Shown here piece after piece: positions 8,540 through 23,200 of a DNA stretch of 64,000 bases. The notes below the pieces were generated by a model. The model ran no database searches. It was not told the origin of the DNA and was given only the letters and a program-made list of their open reading frames with translations. The stretch is from NCBI RefSeq assembly GCF_009914755.1, contig NC_060932.1. One strand, written 5' to 3'. This DNA is from the human T2T-CHM13v2.0 reference genome, Homo sapiens. Each line of letters starts with the position of its first letter. Position 1 is the stretch's first letter. Made by a program: the position numbers and the translations under genes.

Positions 8540-9573
8540 TGAAGGGGTGGCCTGCCCCTCCACACCTGTGGGTGATTCTAGTCGGGTGGGATGAGAGACG
8601 GAGAAAAGAAATAAGACACAGAGACAAAGTATAGGGAGACAACAGTGGGTCCATGGGACCGGCACTCAGCACACCTAGGACCTGCACCGGCACCGGCCTC
8701 TGAGTTCCCTCAGTTTTTATTGATTATGATTTTCATTATTTCAGCACAAAGGAATGCAGTAGGGGAGCAGGGTGATAATAAGGGTAAGGTCAACAACAAC
8801 AACAACAAAACAAAAACGTGAGCAAAAGAATCCATATCATTATTAAGTTCAAGGGAAGGTACTATGCCTGGACGTGCACGTAGGCCAGATTTATGTTTCT
8901 CTCCACACAAATATCTCAGCGGAGTAAAGAATAACAAGGCAGCATTACTGCCAACATGTCTCGCCTCCCGCCACAGGGCAGCTTTTCTCCGAGCTCAGAG
9001 TTGAACAAATGAACGATCGGGCTTTACACCGAGACATTGAGTTCCCAGGGGCAAGCAGGAGACAGTGGCCTTCCTCCATCTGAACTGCAAGAGGCTTTCC
9101 TCTTTGACTAATCCACCTCAGCACAGACCCATTGCGGGTGTCAGGCTGGGGGACAGTCAGGTCTTTCCCATCCCACGAGGCCACATTTCAGACTGACACA
9201 TGGGGAGAAACCTTGGACAATACCCTGCTTTCAAGGGCAGAGGTCCCTGTGGCTTTCCACGGTGCATTGCACCCGTGGTTTATTGAGACTGGAGAATGGC
9301 AATGACTTCTACCAAGTATACTGCTCGTAAACATTTGGTTAACAAGGCGCGTCCTGCACAGCCCTAGATCCCTTAAACCTCGATTTTATACAACACAGGT
9401 TTTGGTGAGCTCCAAGTTGGGTCAAAGGAAGGGGCTGCGGCAAAGCTACAAATGATCAACATCTCAGCAAAGCAATGGTTTAAACTACAGGTCTTTTTCA
9501 AAATGGAGTCTCTTGTGTCTTCCCCTTCTACATAGACACAGTGGCAGTCTGATCTCTCTTTCTTTACCCTACA
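8540..9573 (-). mobile_element. LTR5A-like solo LTR, TSD TCCAAG
   Basis: Same termini and TSD as 892-1925. Confidence 0.92.
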
Positions 9574-11316
9574 TCCAAGGGCTTGAACATATCTTGACTT
9601 GTTGGCAATCCAAATCGTTACGTCTCCGAAACAGAGTTGACTGAGGGGACCGCAGGGCTGGGCAGGACCTTTGACTTCCTATACATCCACAGGAGCAAGA
9701 AAACCTCAGCCCCACTCTACCAACACGCACCTAGTAAAATTCCGCCAACCGAATCTCACGCACGCTAACACGTGGGGAGCGTTGCTTGCACCACGAGTCT
9801 CCATTTGGCTCAACCGCCGATGCCAAGTGTGTGGTTCCAGTTGCGACGGCCCCCCGTGAAGTGGCTTCCGGATGTGCGAAGGAACCAGGCAGAGTTTCAC
9901 TGGCCAAATAGACCCCAGCAAAGCTGAAGTTAACTCCCACATTTGGGATGTACTTCAGAGGTAAAACATTCATCCCGTCTTCTTTCCGGATGTCTGACAC
10001 CATGGTTCTCCCCCTGATCCTAAGAGTAGCTGAGGCAGAGACTCACTGAAAGATCTAGGCGGGGATATCCCATCATGCACAGGCTCTCTCCATTCTCTGA
10101 CCTGGGAACAACTCTCAGCAGGATTCCACATCTAGGAGGCCTCAGAACTCAGCGGGATTTTCGGAGACACACCAACTGGCTGCTCCCTTTCCGCCGCTGT
10201 TGAGGGTCGTTATCTTGATTATCCAGATCAACTAGAAAGTATCCGTATCCAGAATGAATAAGATCAACTCTCTGCTCCTCTGACAGCAGAAGGAGCAGGA
10301 CCATAAGGAACCAAAGAGCGTGGAAGGAAACGATGTGACAGGAAAGCTCAGAGAACGGCCACAGGGGGTCGTCAGCAGGCCTTCCAACCTGAATCATGAA
10401 TAACTAATGAAGCGCAAATCAAAGGGGACTCGAGTTTCAGCAGGAGCAATTCATCCAACGGGAGATCGCCGGAGGGCCAACAAGATTGAGAGACTGGGAG
10501 CCGGGTGTAGTGTCAAAGGGGACGCGACTGGTTCCAAAGCTCGAGAAGACCATGGGGTCACTTGGGCTACATGAGAAAACGCCCCAGTGTGCTGGTTCAT
10601 CATTCCGACTCCTGCCTGTCTCTTCTCGTCCAAGGAACGTGGACCCTAAGTCGTGCAGGTGCGGATGACCATGGGCAGAACTAGGGGCCGTGGCACAAAA
10701 GTTCACCGACACGGGAGTTCCACAGAAGGTGCGGTGGATCTTCGCAAATCCAGAGACATGGCAATGGGACCCAGGGAATTACAGCCTCACAGGCGTCCGG
10801 GAGACTTTTCAGGCATAATGCCTGGAGTCGCAAGACGAGCTGAAAAAGGAGCCAGGCACTGAAGGACAAAGCGTTGTTGACTTTCCTCATCTGTGTTTCC
10901 CAGTGCGGTCCAATTCACGGTGGTTTCCAAGCGCCTCCTGGGGGAGAAAACACATGAGGGTGCGGTCAGGGTTCTCTGCTGACAGACTTACCTTGGGGAA
11001 GAAAGAGAAGCTCTGAAGATGGATCATGGCCGTGACTGCATGTCAAGCAGAGTCTCCTTGATGATACTGAGGCCTACGTCGAGATAGACAAAATGTGGTC
11101 CAATTAAAAGGTGTCTATTTTACCACATTTTTTAAAACAAAACAAAACAACAAAAAAGATGGAAAAGAAGACAGGGGTACAGGCACCAGTGTTACATGTC
11201 TGACGGGGAACATCTATTGTTCAAAGCTTGCAGCTGTACAAGTAGGTTTTAGAATGTCTGTCAGCAGTGGACATGATCTTAGAGTGGGCTGTGCAGATAG
11301 ACCTTTCCAGGTCATG

Positions 11317-11405
11317 TAATTGGATTAAGTTAATTGCAATTAAGGTACAGGTAACTGATTAGGTTAGGGTACGTTCCATGTCAGGTGACCAGAGGCAGTA
11401 TGAAA
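11317..11405 (+). promoter_or_regulatory. Putative promoter, copy 2: DUX4-type motif at 11356; TATA variant TATGAAA
   Basis: Homeodomain motifs intact; TATGAAA at 11399-11405. Confidence 0.65.
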
Positions 11406-12557
11406 GGCAGCCTGGAAAGCAGAGGTCCCTCTCCGCCCCTTCCTCCGTTGTCCTGGATGTTGCATCGCTTCCAGCGGGGCTGCTGCAGCACCTGCCCATC
11501 TCAGCGCCAGCCTGGGAAAGAAAGTAGACGTGTAATTTCAGGTTAGTTTCGCTGAACAATTGTTTGTTTCACGCAATCCCTGAGGGGTTTTTGCGGGGGG
11601 TGTGGGGGAGGAAGAGACAAAGGAGGCCGAAAGAAACCGATCACACTGGGGCTTGCTGGTGGGGTAGGATGTGTTCTCGTTACTAGTAATTCTTGGAACA
11701 GAAAACGAGAAAACATATCCGTCTCCACGTGTGGGAGAAGACCAAGATGGGAATGCGAAAAGAAATGTACTGCAGCATTCTGAATTGGTGGGTAAACGGA
11801 AAAAGGACTTTGGAAAAAAGGGGGGTTTGCCCTTCAGCCGTGTAAGACGTCGATACGATACGGCACTTCTTCCCCGTTTGTTCAGATGAATTCGTGTGGT
11901 ATGCGTAAAATACCAGGAAAATAAACAAAGAGGTGCTGGAGCTAAAGCCAAAAGATAGAACAGGAAAGACCATCACCTGCTAGTGCGGTAGAGAGGAAGG
12001 TAACTTCTCTGTATGAATTTGTGTTTGGAAGTTGCCTAATGAAATGGCAAGAGTAGCGATTCAAGTTGTCACAGGAAGCATCCCTTATCCGTGACTTCAA
12101 GCAGACCTGCCAAAGGGTGGCACACGCCATGCCCTGTGTCTTCGATCATTCTGTCCGTCAAGGGAGATAGAATCACCGTGTCTTCTACCGGAGTGAATCG
12201 TGAGAGACCTAAGTCCAGTCTCCAGAATCAGTTGTTTGTTTGGGGTTGAAAGCTCAACCCCCCATACCTAGGCCACGGGCCCTGTGGCAGGTGGGGTTTA
12301 CTCTTGGACTAGGTAGTCATGGCAGAGGAACACACAATATCCGAGGATGCGCACAGCACATTGTGTTCTACAGATTTGACCGACTGGTGGTGAGGTCTCC
12401 TCATGACCACACAGGCAGGGAGTTAGCAGGTGGCTTCCTGTGGGTGTGTGAATATCCAACGTGCTTAACCATCGACATGTGTGTGTTTGTGTGTGTTTCA
12501 GGTGGCCCAAGAGTCCACCCCTGAAAAAGGCGGTCATAAAACCCCCAGGAGACGAAG

Positions 12558-15500
12558 ATGATGGCACGTCGGGACCCCAAATCTTGGGCCAAGAGACTGG
12601 TGAGAGCCCAGACCCTCCAGAAGCAGCGGAGGGCCCCAGTTGGGCCAAGGGCTCCCCCGCCCGATGAAGAAGATCCCAGGGTAAGTGTAGCCCTGGATCT
12701 CTTGGGTATCGGGGTGGGGGTGGGGACGGGGGGAGGGGGTGTCCCACGGTCCTCAGAGACTGGGTTGGATTCCAAAGAGTTCTGTCACCACCAGCCAGGT
12801 TGCTTTTCCCATCCAAGGTGGGCGTGGCTTGGGACCTTCTCCCCGGCCCGATAGGTCCCTTGAGAGACTCTTGGGGGCAACCTCCCTTTCTACTTAGAGT
12901 CCTGTGTAGCCATGTTTGGCTGCGTTGTTGACATCGGCTTCACCATCGTGCCCCTTGGAACCTTGAGTCCTTCCTTTCAGAGTTCCTCCGTCACATGGGC
13001 TTTGCGAGGGAACATCGTATCCGAACTCTCCCAGCACTTAACGGCCCCCATGCCGGTGTCCCCTCTTTGGAATCCTTATTCAGCTCTGAATTCACAATCC
13101 GTCCCAATGTTGACGTGGGATCGCTGCCTGTGGCTTCAGCTCACTCACTGACATCACTTCCTTTCCACCCGCAGCTCAAGTGCAAAAACTGCGGGGCCTT
13201 TGGCCACACGGCCAGAAGTACCAGGTGCCCCATGAAGTGCTGGAAGGCAGCCCTGGTTCCAGCGACCTTGGGGAAAAAGGAAGGGAAGGAAAACCTGAAA
13301 CCATGGAAGCCCCGGGGTGAAGCCAACCCGGGGCCCTTGAACAAGGATAAGGGAGAGAAGGAAGAGAGACCAAGGTGAGCAGTGGGAGGGGTTTTCACCA
13401 CTCTTAGGGTACGGCCTCCCAAGGACATGGTGTCTCTGCACCTGCACACCGTGTGCCTTTCCGTCTCCGGGCCAGGGAAGGAACGCTGCAGAGAAATAGG
13501 CCGGAGCTCCGTGTCCTCCGGGGTTCCACACCCAGGAGCTCCTTGGGCTCTGGGAGATTCAGGGACGGGGAGAGGCGGGGGCGCTTCGTGCAGGTTCCCC
13601 ACGACAGCGGGAAAAGCGATGGAATCCAAATCACAGTCCTTAGTTGGGAAGCCTAGAGGGCCACCTGGAGGATGGGAAGGTTGGCACGTGAGGGAAGGTG
13701 CAGAGGCGGAAAGGGCACCAGATGTCCATTTCTGTATCACAAAACACGGAATGGGGCTGGGCCCCAGACGGGGTTCTCCCTGTCTCCTGGGGAAAACCAG
13801 GGGGCACGGCCTGACCTTCTTCTGTTCTGCAGGCAACAAGACCCGCAGAGGAAGGCTCTCCTCCACATGTTTTCCGGGAAACCTCCAGAGAAGCCGCTGC
13901 CGAATGGAAAAGGATCCACGGAATCTTCTGATTATCTGAGGGCGAGTGTCACCCCGGGCCCCTGGTCTTTTTCTCCTCTAGGTCACCCTGGTTGATTTCC
14001 TTTCAGCTTCCCGTCTGCGGGAGGAAATCGGGGAACCCCTCTTTCTTGCCTTCTTGGGGTCAGGGACTCCACGATCCTTCCAGGTCAATTGGATTCCAGG
14101 CGAAGGCATCTGAACATGCCGTATTTCCTGTTGCTTTCTTTCTGTCCAATTATGGCAAGCCTGCCAACAACACGTTCCTAGCGGCATGAGGAAATTAGTC
14201 CCTCAGAGGCCCCAAACGTGGAGAAGGCGAAACCCAGGAACATGCATGTGTTCAGAGAAGACGTCCCGAGTACCCTTGAGCCAGCAACCTGCCTTGGGAA
14301 GGGCATTAGTCCGTTCCACTTCATGGAAGGCTGAGTGGAGGCGCTTTGATCCAGTTAATGCCCAAGACGCGATCTTTTGAACAATGGTGTGCTTAGATCA
14401 GCTACACATAGCTCGAGAGCGCATCTTTCATGTGTCTTGTCCTGATCAGCACTCAGGTGGAGGGTCTGTCCCTACTTCCAAGGACCGCCTGTCGATACTG
14501 TACTAAGAATTTCATGGCGTGTGCACCTTGTCTTTGGATGTGCTTGATTTTCACGTTGGCTCCATGCTGAGGAACTTCTAACCTGTGTTGTTTCCTCTCT
14601 TTCAGGTTGCAAGCGGGCCAATGCCGGTCCACACAACCAGTAAGAGGCCGCGCTTGGACCCTGTCCTCGCTGATCGCTCAGCTACCGCAATGTCTGGCAG
14701 GGGCTCCGTCTTGGCTTCACTGTCTCCCCTCAGAAAAGCCAGCCTGAGCTCCTCCTCAAGTCTTGGACCAAAGGAAAGACAGACAGGGGCTGCGGCCGAC
14801 ATGCCTCAGCCTGCAGTCAGGCACCAGGGCCGCGAGCCTCTCCTCGTGGTGAAGCCGACACACAGCCGCCCCGAGGGTGGCTGCCGAGAAGTTCCCCAGG
14901 CTGCCTCCAAAACCCACGGCCTGCTCCAGGCCGCCAGACCCCAGGCACAAGACAAACGTCCTGCGGTGACCTCACAGCCCTGCCCGCCAGCCGCCACACA
15001 CAGCTTGGGCCTAGGCTCCAATCTCAGCTTCGGGCCAGGAGCCAAGAGACCTGCCCAGGCTCCGATTCAGGCTTGCCTGAACTTCCCCAAGAAACCGAGA
15101 CTGGGTCCCTTCCAGATCCCCGAAAGCGCCATCCAGGGAGGTGAGCTGGGGGCCCCGGAGAATCTCCAACCTCCGCCAGCCGCAACCGAACTTGGACCAA
15201 GTACGTCGCCCCAGATGGGCAGGAGGACACCGGCCCAGGTGCCCAGCGTCGACCGGCAGCCTCCGCACAGCACACCTTGCCTGCCTACTGCCCAGGCCTG
15301 CACCATGTCCCATCACTCAGCGGCCAGCCATGATGGGGCCCAGCCTCTCAGAGTGCTCTTCCGGAGACTGGAAAACGGACGCTGGAGCTCCAGCCTCCTG
15401 GCGGCCCCCTCATTTCACTCTCCTGAGAAGCCGGGAGCCTTCCTCGCTCAGAGCCCTCATGTGTCAGAGAAGTCTGAGGCTCCCTGTGTTCGTGTCCCAC

Positions 15501-15568
15501 CGAGCGTCCTCTATGAGGACCTTCAGGTTTCCTCCTCCTCAGAGGACAGCGATTCTGACCTGGAGTGA
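12558..15568 (+). CDS. FAM90A: FAM90A family protein, copy 2, 464 aa; exons 12558-12680, 13175-13374, 13833-13941, 14606-15568
   Basis: Same exon structure; no stops or frameshifts. Confidence 0.95.
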
Positions 15569-16182
15569 GACTGCAGGTGGCAGGGGCTCCTTGGCCTCCG
15601 GCTCCCGTGACTTGGAGGGGACTGTGGGACTGAGGAGCGCAGAGCAGAGAGCACACTCTGTGCGGTGACTCCGAAGCTCCCCGGCTGTGGCGCTTCTGTG
15701 GATGTGGGAGCCCAGGCCAGGCAGGGAGCAGATGCAGGGACTCTGCCTCATTGAATTCTGGTGAGGGACGTTGTAGTTGGCGTGGTTCTCCGGAAACGCG
15801 CCAGGAAAAGCTTCCGTGCCAGAGATTCGTTGCCTCACAAACTGCGTGACGCGCAGGAGTCAGACTTCCGCTGGGACGTCAATAGGAAACTGGGGAATTA
15901 CTGTGTATTTGCTCTCTAGATGACTGAATAAGGGAAAAGTTAGGGAACCCTGAGAGGTGCAGCCCTTCCGCTGTGCCCCGCCCTGAGAGCAGAGTTTCGG
16001 ACGCTGGGAAGCGTGCTGTGCGAAGCGCTCTCGGGGTCTTTCCTCAGCCTCGAAAACTGGGCTCTGGAATGCCTTTGTACATATGTGTGTTTCATTGGTT
16101 TTGAAGTGAATAAAATTCTCAAAAAGATGACATATTGTCTTTTGACTCTCATTCCGTGTTTGTGTGTAACTGATTTTCCAAG

Positions 16183-17215
16183 TGAAGGGGTGGCCTGCCC
16201 CTCCACACCTGTGGGTGTTTCTAGTCGGGTGGGATGAGAGACGGAGAAAAGAAATAAGACACAGAGACAAAGTATAGGGAGACAACAGTGGGTCCAGGGG
16301 ACCGGCACTCAGCACACCTAGGACCTGCACCGGCACCGGCCTCTGAGTTCCCGCAGTTTTTATTGATTGTGATTTTCATTATTTCAGCACAAAGGAATGC
16401 AGTAGGGGAGCAGGGTGATAATAAGGGGAAGGTCAACAAAAACAACACAAAACAAACACGTGAGCAAAAGAATCCATATCATTATTAAGTTCAAGGGAAG
16501 GTACTATGCCTGGACGTGCACGTAGGCCAGATTTATGTTTCTCTCCACACAAATATCTCAGCGGAGTAAAGAATAACAAGGCAGCATTACTGCCAACATG
16601 TCTCGCCTCCCGCCACAGGGCAGCTTTTCTCCGAGCTCAGAGTTGAACAAATGTACGATCGGGCTTTACACCGAGACATTCAGTTCCCAGGGGCAAGCAG
16701 GAGACAGTGGCCTTCCTCCATCTGAACTGCAAGAGGCGTTCCTCTTTGACTAATCCACCTCAGCACAGACACATTGCGGGTGTCAGGCTGGGGGACATTC
16801 AGGACTTTCCCATCCCACGAGGCCATATTTCAGACTGTCACATGGGGAGAAACCTTGGACAATACCCTGCTATCAAGGGCAGAGGTCCCTGTGGCTTTCC
16901 ACGGTGCATTGCGCCCCTGGTTTATTGAGACTAGAGAATGGCAATGACTTCTACCAAGTATACTGCTCGTAAACATTTGGTTAACAAGGCGCGTCCTGCA
17001 CAGCCCCAGATCCCTTAAACCTCGATTTTATACAACACAGGTTTTTGTGAGCTCCAAGTTGGGTCAAAGGAAGGGGCTGCGGCAAGGCAACAAATGAACA
17101 ACATCTCAGCAAAGCAATTGTTTAAAGTACAGGTCTTTTTCAAAATGGAGTCTCTTATGTCTTCCCCTTCTACATAGACACAGTGACAGTCTGATCTCTC
17201 TTTCTTTACCCTACA
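16183..17215 (-). mobile_element. LTR5A-like solo LTR (1,033 bp), TSD TCCAAG
   Basis: Same termini and TSD; 1 bp shorter in the CAA-rich tract. Confidence 0.92.
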
Positions 17216-18963
17216 TCCAAGGGCTTGAACATTTCTTGACTTGTTGGCAATCCAAATCGTTACGTCTCCGAAACAGAGTTGACTGAGGGGACCGCAGGGC
17301 TGGGCAGGACCTTTGACTTCCTATACATCCACAGGAGCAAGAAAACCTCAGCCCCACTCTACCAACACGCACCTAGTAAAATTCCGCCAACCGCATCTCA
17401 CGCACGCTAACACGTGGGGAGCGTTGCTTGCACCACGAGTCCCCATTTGGCTCAACCGCCGATGCCAAGTGTGTGGTTCCAGTTGCGACGGCCCCCCGTG
17501 AAGTGGCTTCCGGATGTGCGAAGGAACCAGGCAGAGTTTCACTGGCCAAATAGACCCCAGCAAAGCTGAAGTTAACTCCCACATTTGGGATGTACTTCAG
17601 AGGTAAAACATTCATCCCGTCTTCTTTCCGGATGTCTGACACCATGGTTCTCCCCCTGATCCTAAGAGTAGCTGAGGCAGAGACTCACTGAAAGATCTAG
17701 GCGGGGATATCCCATCATGCACAGGCTCTCTCCATTCTCTGACCTGGGAACAACTCTCAGCAGGATTCCACATCTAGGAGGCCTCGGAACTCAGCGGGAT
17801 TTTCTGAGACACACCAACTGGCTGCTCCCTCTCCGCCGCTGTTGAGGGTCGTTATCTTGATTATCCAGATCACCTAGAAAGTATCCGTATCCAGAATGAA
17901 TAAGATCAACTCTCTGCTCCTCTGACAGCAGAAGGAGCAGGACCGTAAGGAACCAAAGAGCGTGGAAGGAAACGATGTGACAGGAAAGCTCAGAGAACGG
18001 CCACAGGGGGTCGTCAGCAGGCCTTCCAACCTGAATCATGAATAATTAATGAAGCGCAAATCAAAGGGGACTCGAGTTTCAGCAGGAGCAATTCATCCAA
18101 CGGGAGATCGCCGGAGGGCCAACAAGATTGAGTGACTGGGAGCCGGGTGCAGTGTCAAAGGGGACGCGACTGGTTCCAAAGCTCGAGAAGACCATGGGGT
18201 CACTTGGGCTACATGAGAAAACGCCCCAGTGTGCTGGTTCATCATTCCGACTCCTGCCTGTCTCTTCCCGTCCAAGGAACATGGACCCTAAGTCGTGCAG
18301 GTGCGGATGACCATGGGCAGAATTAGGGGCCGTGGCACAAAAGTTCACCGACACGGGAGTTCCACAGAAGGTGCGGTGGATCTTCGCAAATCCAGAGACA
18401 TGGCAATGGGACCCAGGGAATTACAGCCTCACAGGCGTCCGGGAGACTTTTCAGGCATAATGCCTGGAGTCGCAAGAGGAGCTGAAAAAGGAGCCAGGCA
18501 CTGAAGGACAAAGCGTTGTTGACTTTCCTCATCTGTGTTTCCCAGTGCGGTCCAATTCACGGTTGTTTCCAAGCGCCTCCTGGGGGAGAAAACACATGAG
18601 GGTGCGGTCAGGGTTCTCTGCTGACAGACTTACCTTGGGGAAGAAAGAGAAGCTCTGAAGATGGATCATGGCCGTGACTGCATGTCAAGGAGAGTCTCCT
18701 TGATGACACTGAGGCCTACGTCGAGATAGACAAAATGTGGTCCAATTAAAAGGTGTCTATTTTACCACATTTTTTAAAACAAAACAAAACAAAACAACAA
18801 AAAAGATGGAAAAGAAGACAGGGGTACAGGCACCAGTGTTACATGTCTGACGGGGAACATCTATTGTTCAAAGCTTGCAGCTGTACAAGTAGGTTTTAGA
18901 ATGTCTGTCAGCAGTGGACATGATCTTAGAGTGGGCTGTGCAGATAGACCTTTCCAGGTCATG

Positions 18964-19052
18964 TAATTGGATTAAGTTAATTGCAATTAAGGTACAGGTA
19001 ACTGATTAGGTTAGGGTACGTTCCATGTCAGGTGACCAGAGGCAGTATAAAA
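18964..19052 (+). promoter_or_regulatory. Putative promoter, copy 3: DUX4-type motif at 19003; TATAAAA
   Basis: TATAAAA at 19046-19052. Confidence 0.7.
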
Positions 19053-20205
19053 GGCAGCCTGGAAAGCGGAGGTCCCTCTCTGCCCCTTCCTCCGTCGTCC
19101 TGGATGCTGCATCGCTTCCAGCCGGGCTGCTGCAGCACCTGCCCATCTCAGCGCCAGCCTGGGAAAGAAAGTAGACGTGTAATTTCAGGTTGGTTTCGCT
19201 GAACAATTGTTTGTTTCACGCAATCCCTGAGGGGTTTTTGCGGGGGGTGTGGGGGAGGAAGAGACAAAGGAGGCCGAAAGAAACCGATCACACTGGGGCT
19301 TGCTGGTGGGGTAGGATGTGTTCTCGTTACTAGTAATTCTTGGAACAGAAAACGAGAAAACATATCCGTCTCCACGTGTGGGAGAAGACCAAGATGGGAA
19401 TGGGAAAAGAAATGTACTGCAGCATGCTGAATTGGTGGGTAAATGGAAAAAGGACTTTGGAAAAAAGGGGGGTTTGCCCTTCAGCCGTGTAAGACGTCGA
19501 TACGATACGGCACTTCTTCCCCGTTTGTTCAGATGAATTCGTGTGGTGTGCGTAAAATACCAGGAAAATAAATAAAGAGGGGCTGGAGCTAAAGCCAAAA
19601 GATAGAACAGGAAAGATCCTCACCTGCTAGTGCGGTAGAGAGGAAGGTAACTTCTCTGTATGAATTTGTGCTTGGAAGTTGCCTAATGAAATGGCAAGAG
19701 TAGCGATTCAAGTTGTCACAGGAAGCATCCCTTATCCGTGACTTCAAGCAGACCTGCCAAAGGGTGGCACACGCCATGCCCTGTGTCTTCGATCATTCTG
19801 TCCGTCAAGGGAGATAGAATCACCGTGTCTTCTACCGGAGTGAATCGTGAGAGACCTAAGTCCAGTCTCCAGAATCAGTTGTTTGTTTGGGGTTGAAAGC
19901 TCAACCCCCCCATACCTAGGCCACGGGCCCTGTGGCAGGTGGGGTTTACTCTTGGACTAGGTAGTCATGGCAGAGGAACACACAATATCCGAGGATGCGC
20001 ACAGCACATTGTGTTCTACAGATTTGACCGACTGGTGGTGAGGTCTCCTCATGACCACACAGGCAGGGAGTTAGCAGGTGGCTTCCTGTGGGTGTGTGAA
20101 TATCCAACGTGCTTAACCATCGACATGTGTGTGTTTGTGTGTGTTTCAGGTGGCCCAACAGTCCACCCCTGAAAAAGGCGGTCATAAAACCCCCAGGAGA
20201 CGAAG

Positions 20206-23200
20206 ATGATGGCACGTCGGGACCCCAAATCTTGGGCCAAGAGACTGGTGAGAGCCCAGACCCTCCAGAAGCAGCGGAGGGCCCCAGTTGGGCCAAGGGC
20301 TCCCCCGCCCGATGAAGAAGATCCCAGGGTAAGTGTAGCCCTGGATCTCTTGGGTATCGGGGTGGGGGTGGGGACGGGGGGAGGGGCTGTCCCACGGTCC
20401 TCAGAGACTGGGTTGGATTCCAAAGAGTTCTGTCACCACCAGCCAGGTTGCTTTTCCCATCCAAGGTGGGCGTGGCTTGGGACCTTCTCCCCGGCCCGAT
20501 AGGTCCCTTGAGAGACTCTTGGGGGCAACCTCCCTTTCTACTTAGAGTCCTGTGTAGCCACGTTTGGCTGCGTTGTTGACATCGGCTTCACCATCGTGCC
20601 CCTTGGAACCTTGAGTCCTTCCTTTCAGAGTTCCTCCGTCACATGGGCTTTGCGAGGGAACATCGTATCCGAACTCTCCCAGCACTTAACGGCCCCCATG
20701 CCGGTGTCCCCTCTTTGGAATCCTTATTCAGCTCTGAATTCACAATCCGTCCCAATGTTGACGTGGGATCGCTGCCTGTGGCTTCAGCTCACTCACTGAC
20801 ATCACTTCCTTTCCACCCGCAGCTCAAGTGCAAAAACTGCGGGGCCTTTGGCCACACGGCCAGAAGTACCAGGTGCCCCATGAAGTGCTGGAAGGCAGCC
20901 CTGGTTCCAGCGACCTTGGGGAAAAAGGAAGGGAAGGAAAACCTGAAACCATGGAAGCCCCGGGGTGAAGCCAACCCGGGGCCCTTGAACAAGGATAAGG
21001 GAGAGAAGGAAGAGAGACCAAGGTGAGCAGTGGGAGGGGTTTTCACCACTCTTAGGGTACGGCCTCCCAAGGACATGGTGTCTCTGCACCTGCACACCGT
21101 GTGCCTTTCCGTCTCCGGGCCAGGGAAGGAACGCTGCAGAGAAATAGGCCGGAGCTCCGTGTCCTCCGGGGTTCCACACCCAGGAGCTCCTTGGGCTCTG
21201 GGAGATTCAGGGACGGGGAGAGGCGGGGGCGCTTCGTGCAGGTTCCCCACGACAGCGGGAAAAGCGATGGAATCCAAATCACAGTCCTTAGTTGGGAAGC
21301 CTAGAGGGCCACCTGGAGGATGGGAAGGTTGGCACGTGAGGGAAGGTGCAGAGGCGGAAAGGGCACCAGATGTCCATTTCTGTATCACAAAACACGGAAT
21401 GGGGCTGGGCCCCAGACGGGGTTCTCCCTGTCTCCTGGGGAAAACCAGGGGGCACGGCCTGACCTTCTTCTGTTCTGCAGGCAACAAGACCCGCAGAGGA
21501 AGGCTCTCCTCCACATGTTTTCCGGGAAACCTCCAGAGAAGCCGCTGCCGAATGGAAAAGGATCCACGGAATCTTCTGATTATCTGAGGGCGAGTGTCAC
21601 CCCGGGCCCCTGGTCTTTTTCTCCTCTAGGTCACCCTGGTTGATTTCCTTTCAGCTTCCCGTCTGCGGGAGGAAATCGGGGAACCCCTCTTTCTTGCCTT
21701 CTTGGGGTCAGGGACTCCACGATCCTTCCAGGTCAATTGGATTCCAGGCGAAGGCATCTGAACATGCCGTATTTCCTGTTGCTTTCTTTCTGTCCAATTA
21801 TGGCAAGCCTGCCAACAACACGTTCCTAGCGGCATGAGGAAATTAGTCCCTCAGAGGCCCCAAACGTGGAGAAGGCGAAACCCAGGAACATGCATGTGTT
21901 CAGAGAAGACGTCCCGAGTACCCTTGAGCCAGCAACCTGCCTTGGGAAGGGCATTAGTCCGTTCCACTTCATGGAAGGCTGAGTGGAGGCGCTTTGATCC
22001 AGTTAATGCCCAAGACGCGATCTTTTGAACAATGGTGTGCTTAGATCAGCTACACATAGCTCGAGAGCGCATCTTTCATGTGTCTTGTCCTGATCAGCAC
22101 TCAGGTGGAGGGTCTGTCCCTACTTCCAAGGACCGCCTGTCGATACTGTACTAAGAATTTCATGGCGTGTGCACCTTGTCTTTGGATGTGCTTGATTTTC
22201 ACGTTGGCTCCATGCTGAGGAACTTCTAACCTGTGTTGTTTCCTCTCTTTCAGGTTGCAAGCGGGCCAATGCCGGTCCACACAACCAGTAAGAGGCCGCG
22301 CTTGGACCCTGTCCTCGCTGATCGCTCAGCTACCGCAATGTCTGGCAGGGGCTCCGTCTTGGCTTCACTGTCTCCCCTCAGAAAAGCCAGCCTGAGCTCC
22401 TCCTCAAGTCTTGGACCAAAGGAAAGACAGACAGGGGCTGCGGCCGACATGCCTCAGCCTGCAGTCAGGCACCAGGGCCGCGAGCCTCTCCTCGTGGTGA
22501 AGCCGACACACAGCCGCCCCGAGGGTGGCTGCCGAGAAGTTCCCCAGGCTGCCTCCAAAACCCACGGCCTGCTCCAGGCCGCCAGACCCCAGGCACAAGA
22601 CAAACGTCCTGCGGTGACCTCACAGCCCTGCCCGCCAGCCGCCACACACAGCTTGGGCCTAGGCTCCAATCTCAGCTTCGGGCCAGGAGCCAAGAGACCT
22701 GCCCAGGCTCCGATTCAGGCTTGCCTGAACTTCCCCAAGAAACCGAGACTGGGTCCCTTCCAGATCCCCGAAAGCGCCATCCAGGGAGGTGAGCTGGGGG
22801 CCCCGGAGAATCTCCAACCTCCGCCAGCCGCAACCGAACTTGGACCAAGTACGTCGCCCCAGATGGGCAGGAGGACACCGGCCCAGGTGCCCAGCGTCGA
22901 CCGGCAGCCTCCGCACAGCACACCTTGCCTGCCTACTGCCCAGGCCTGCACCATGTCCCATCACTCAGCGGCCAGCCATGATGGGGCCCAGCCTCTCAGA
23001 GTGCTCTTCCGGAGACTGGAAAACGGACGCTGGAGCTCCAGCCTCCTGGCGGCCCCCTCATTTCACTCTCCTGAGAAGCCGGGAGCCTTCCTCGCTCAGA
23101 GCCCTCATGTGTCAGAGAAGTCTGAGGCTCCCTGTGTTCGTGTCCCACCGAGCGTCCTCTATGAGGACCTTCAGGTTTCCTCCTCCTCAGAGGACAGCGA

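Noticed and set aside
16430-19912. Compensating -1 (LTR CAA tract) and +1 (C6 to C7 run) indels keeping the unit at 7,648 bp
   Set aside because: Both are slippage-prone tracts, and the 7,643-bp unit shows length is not constrained.
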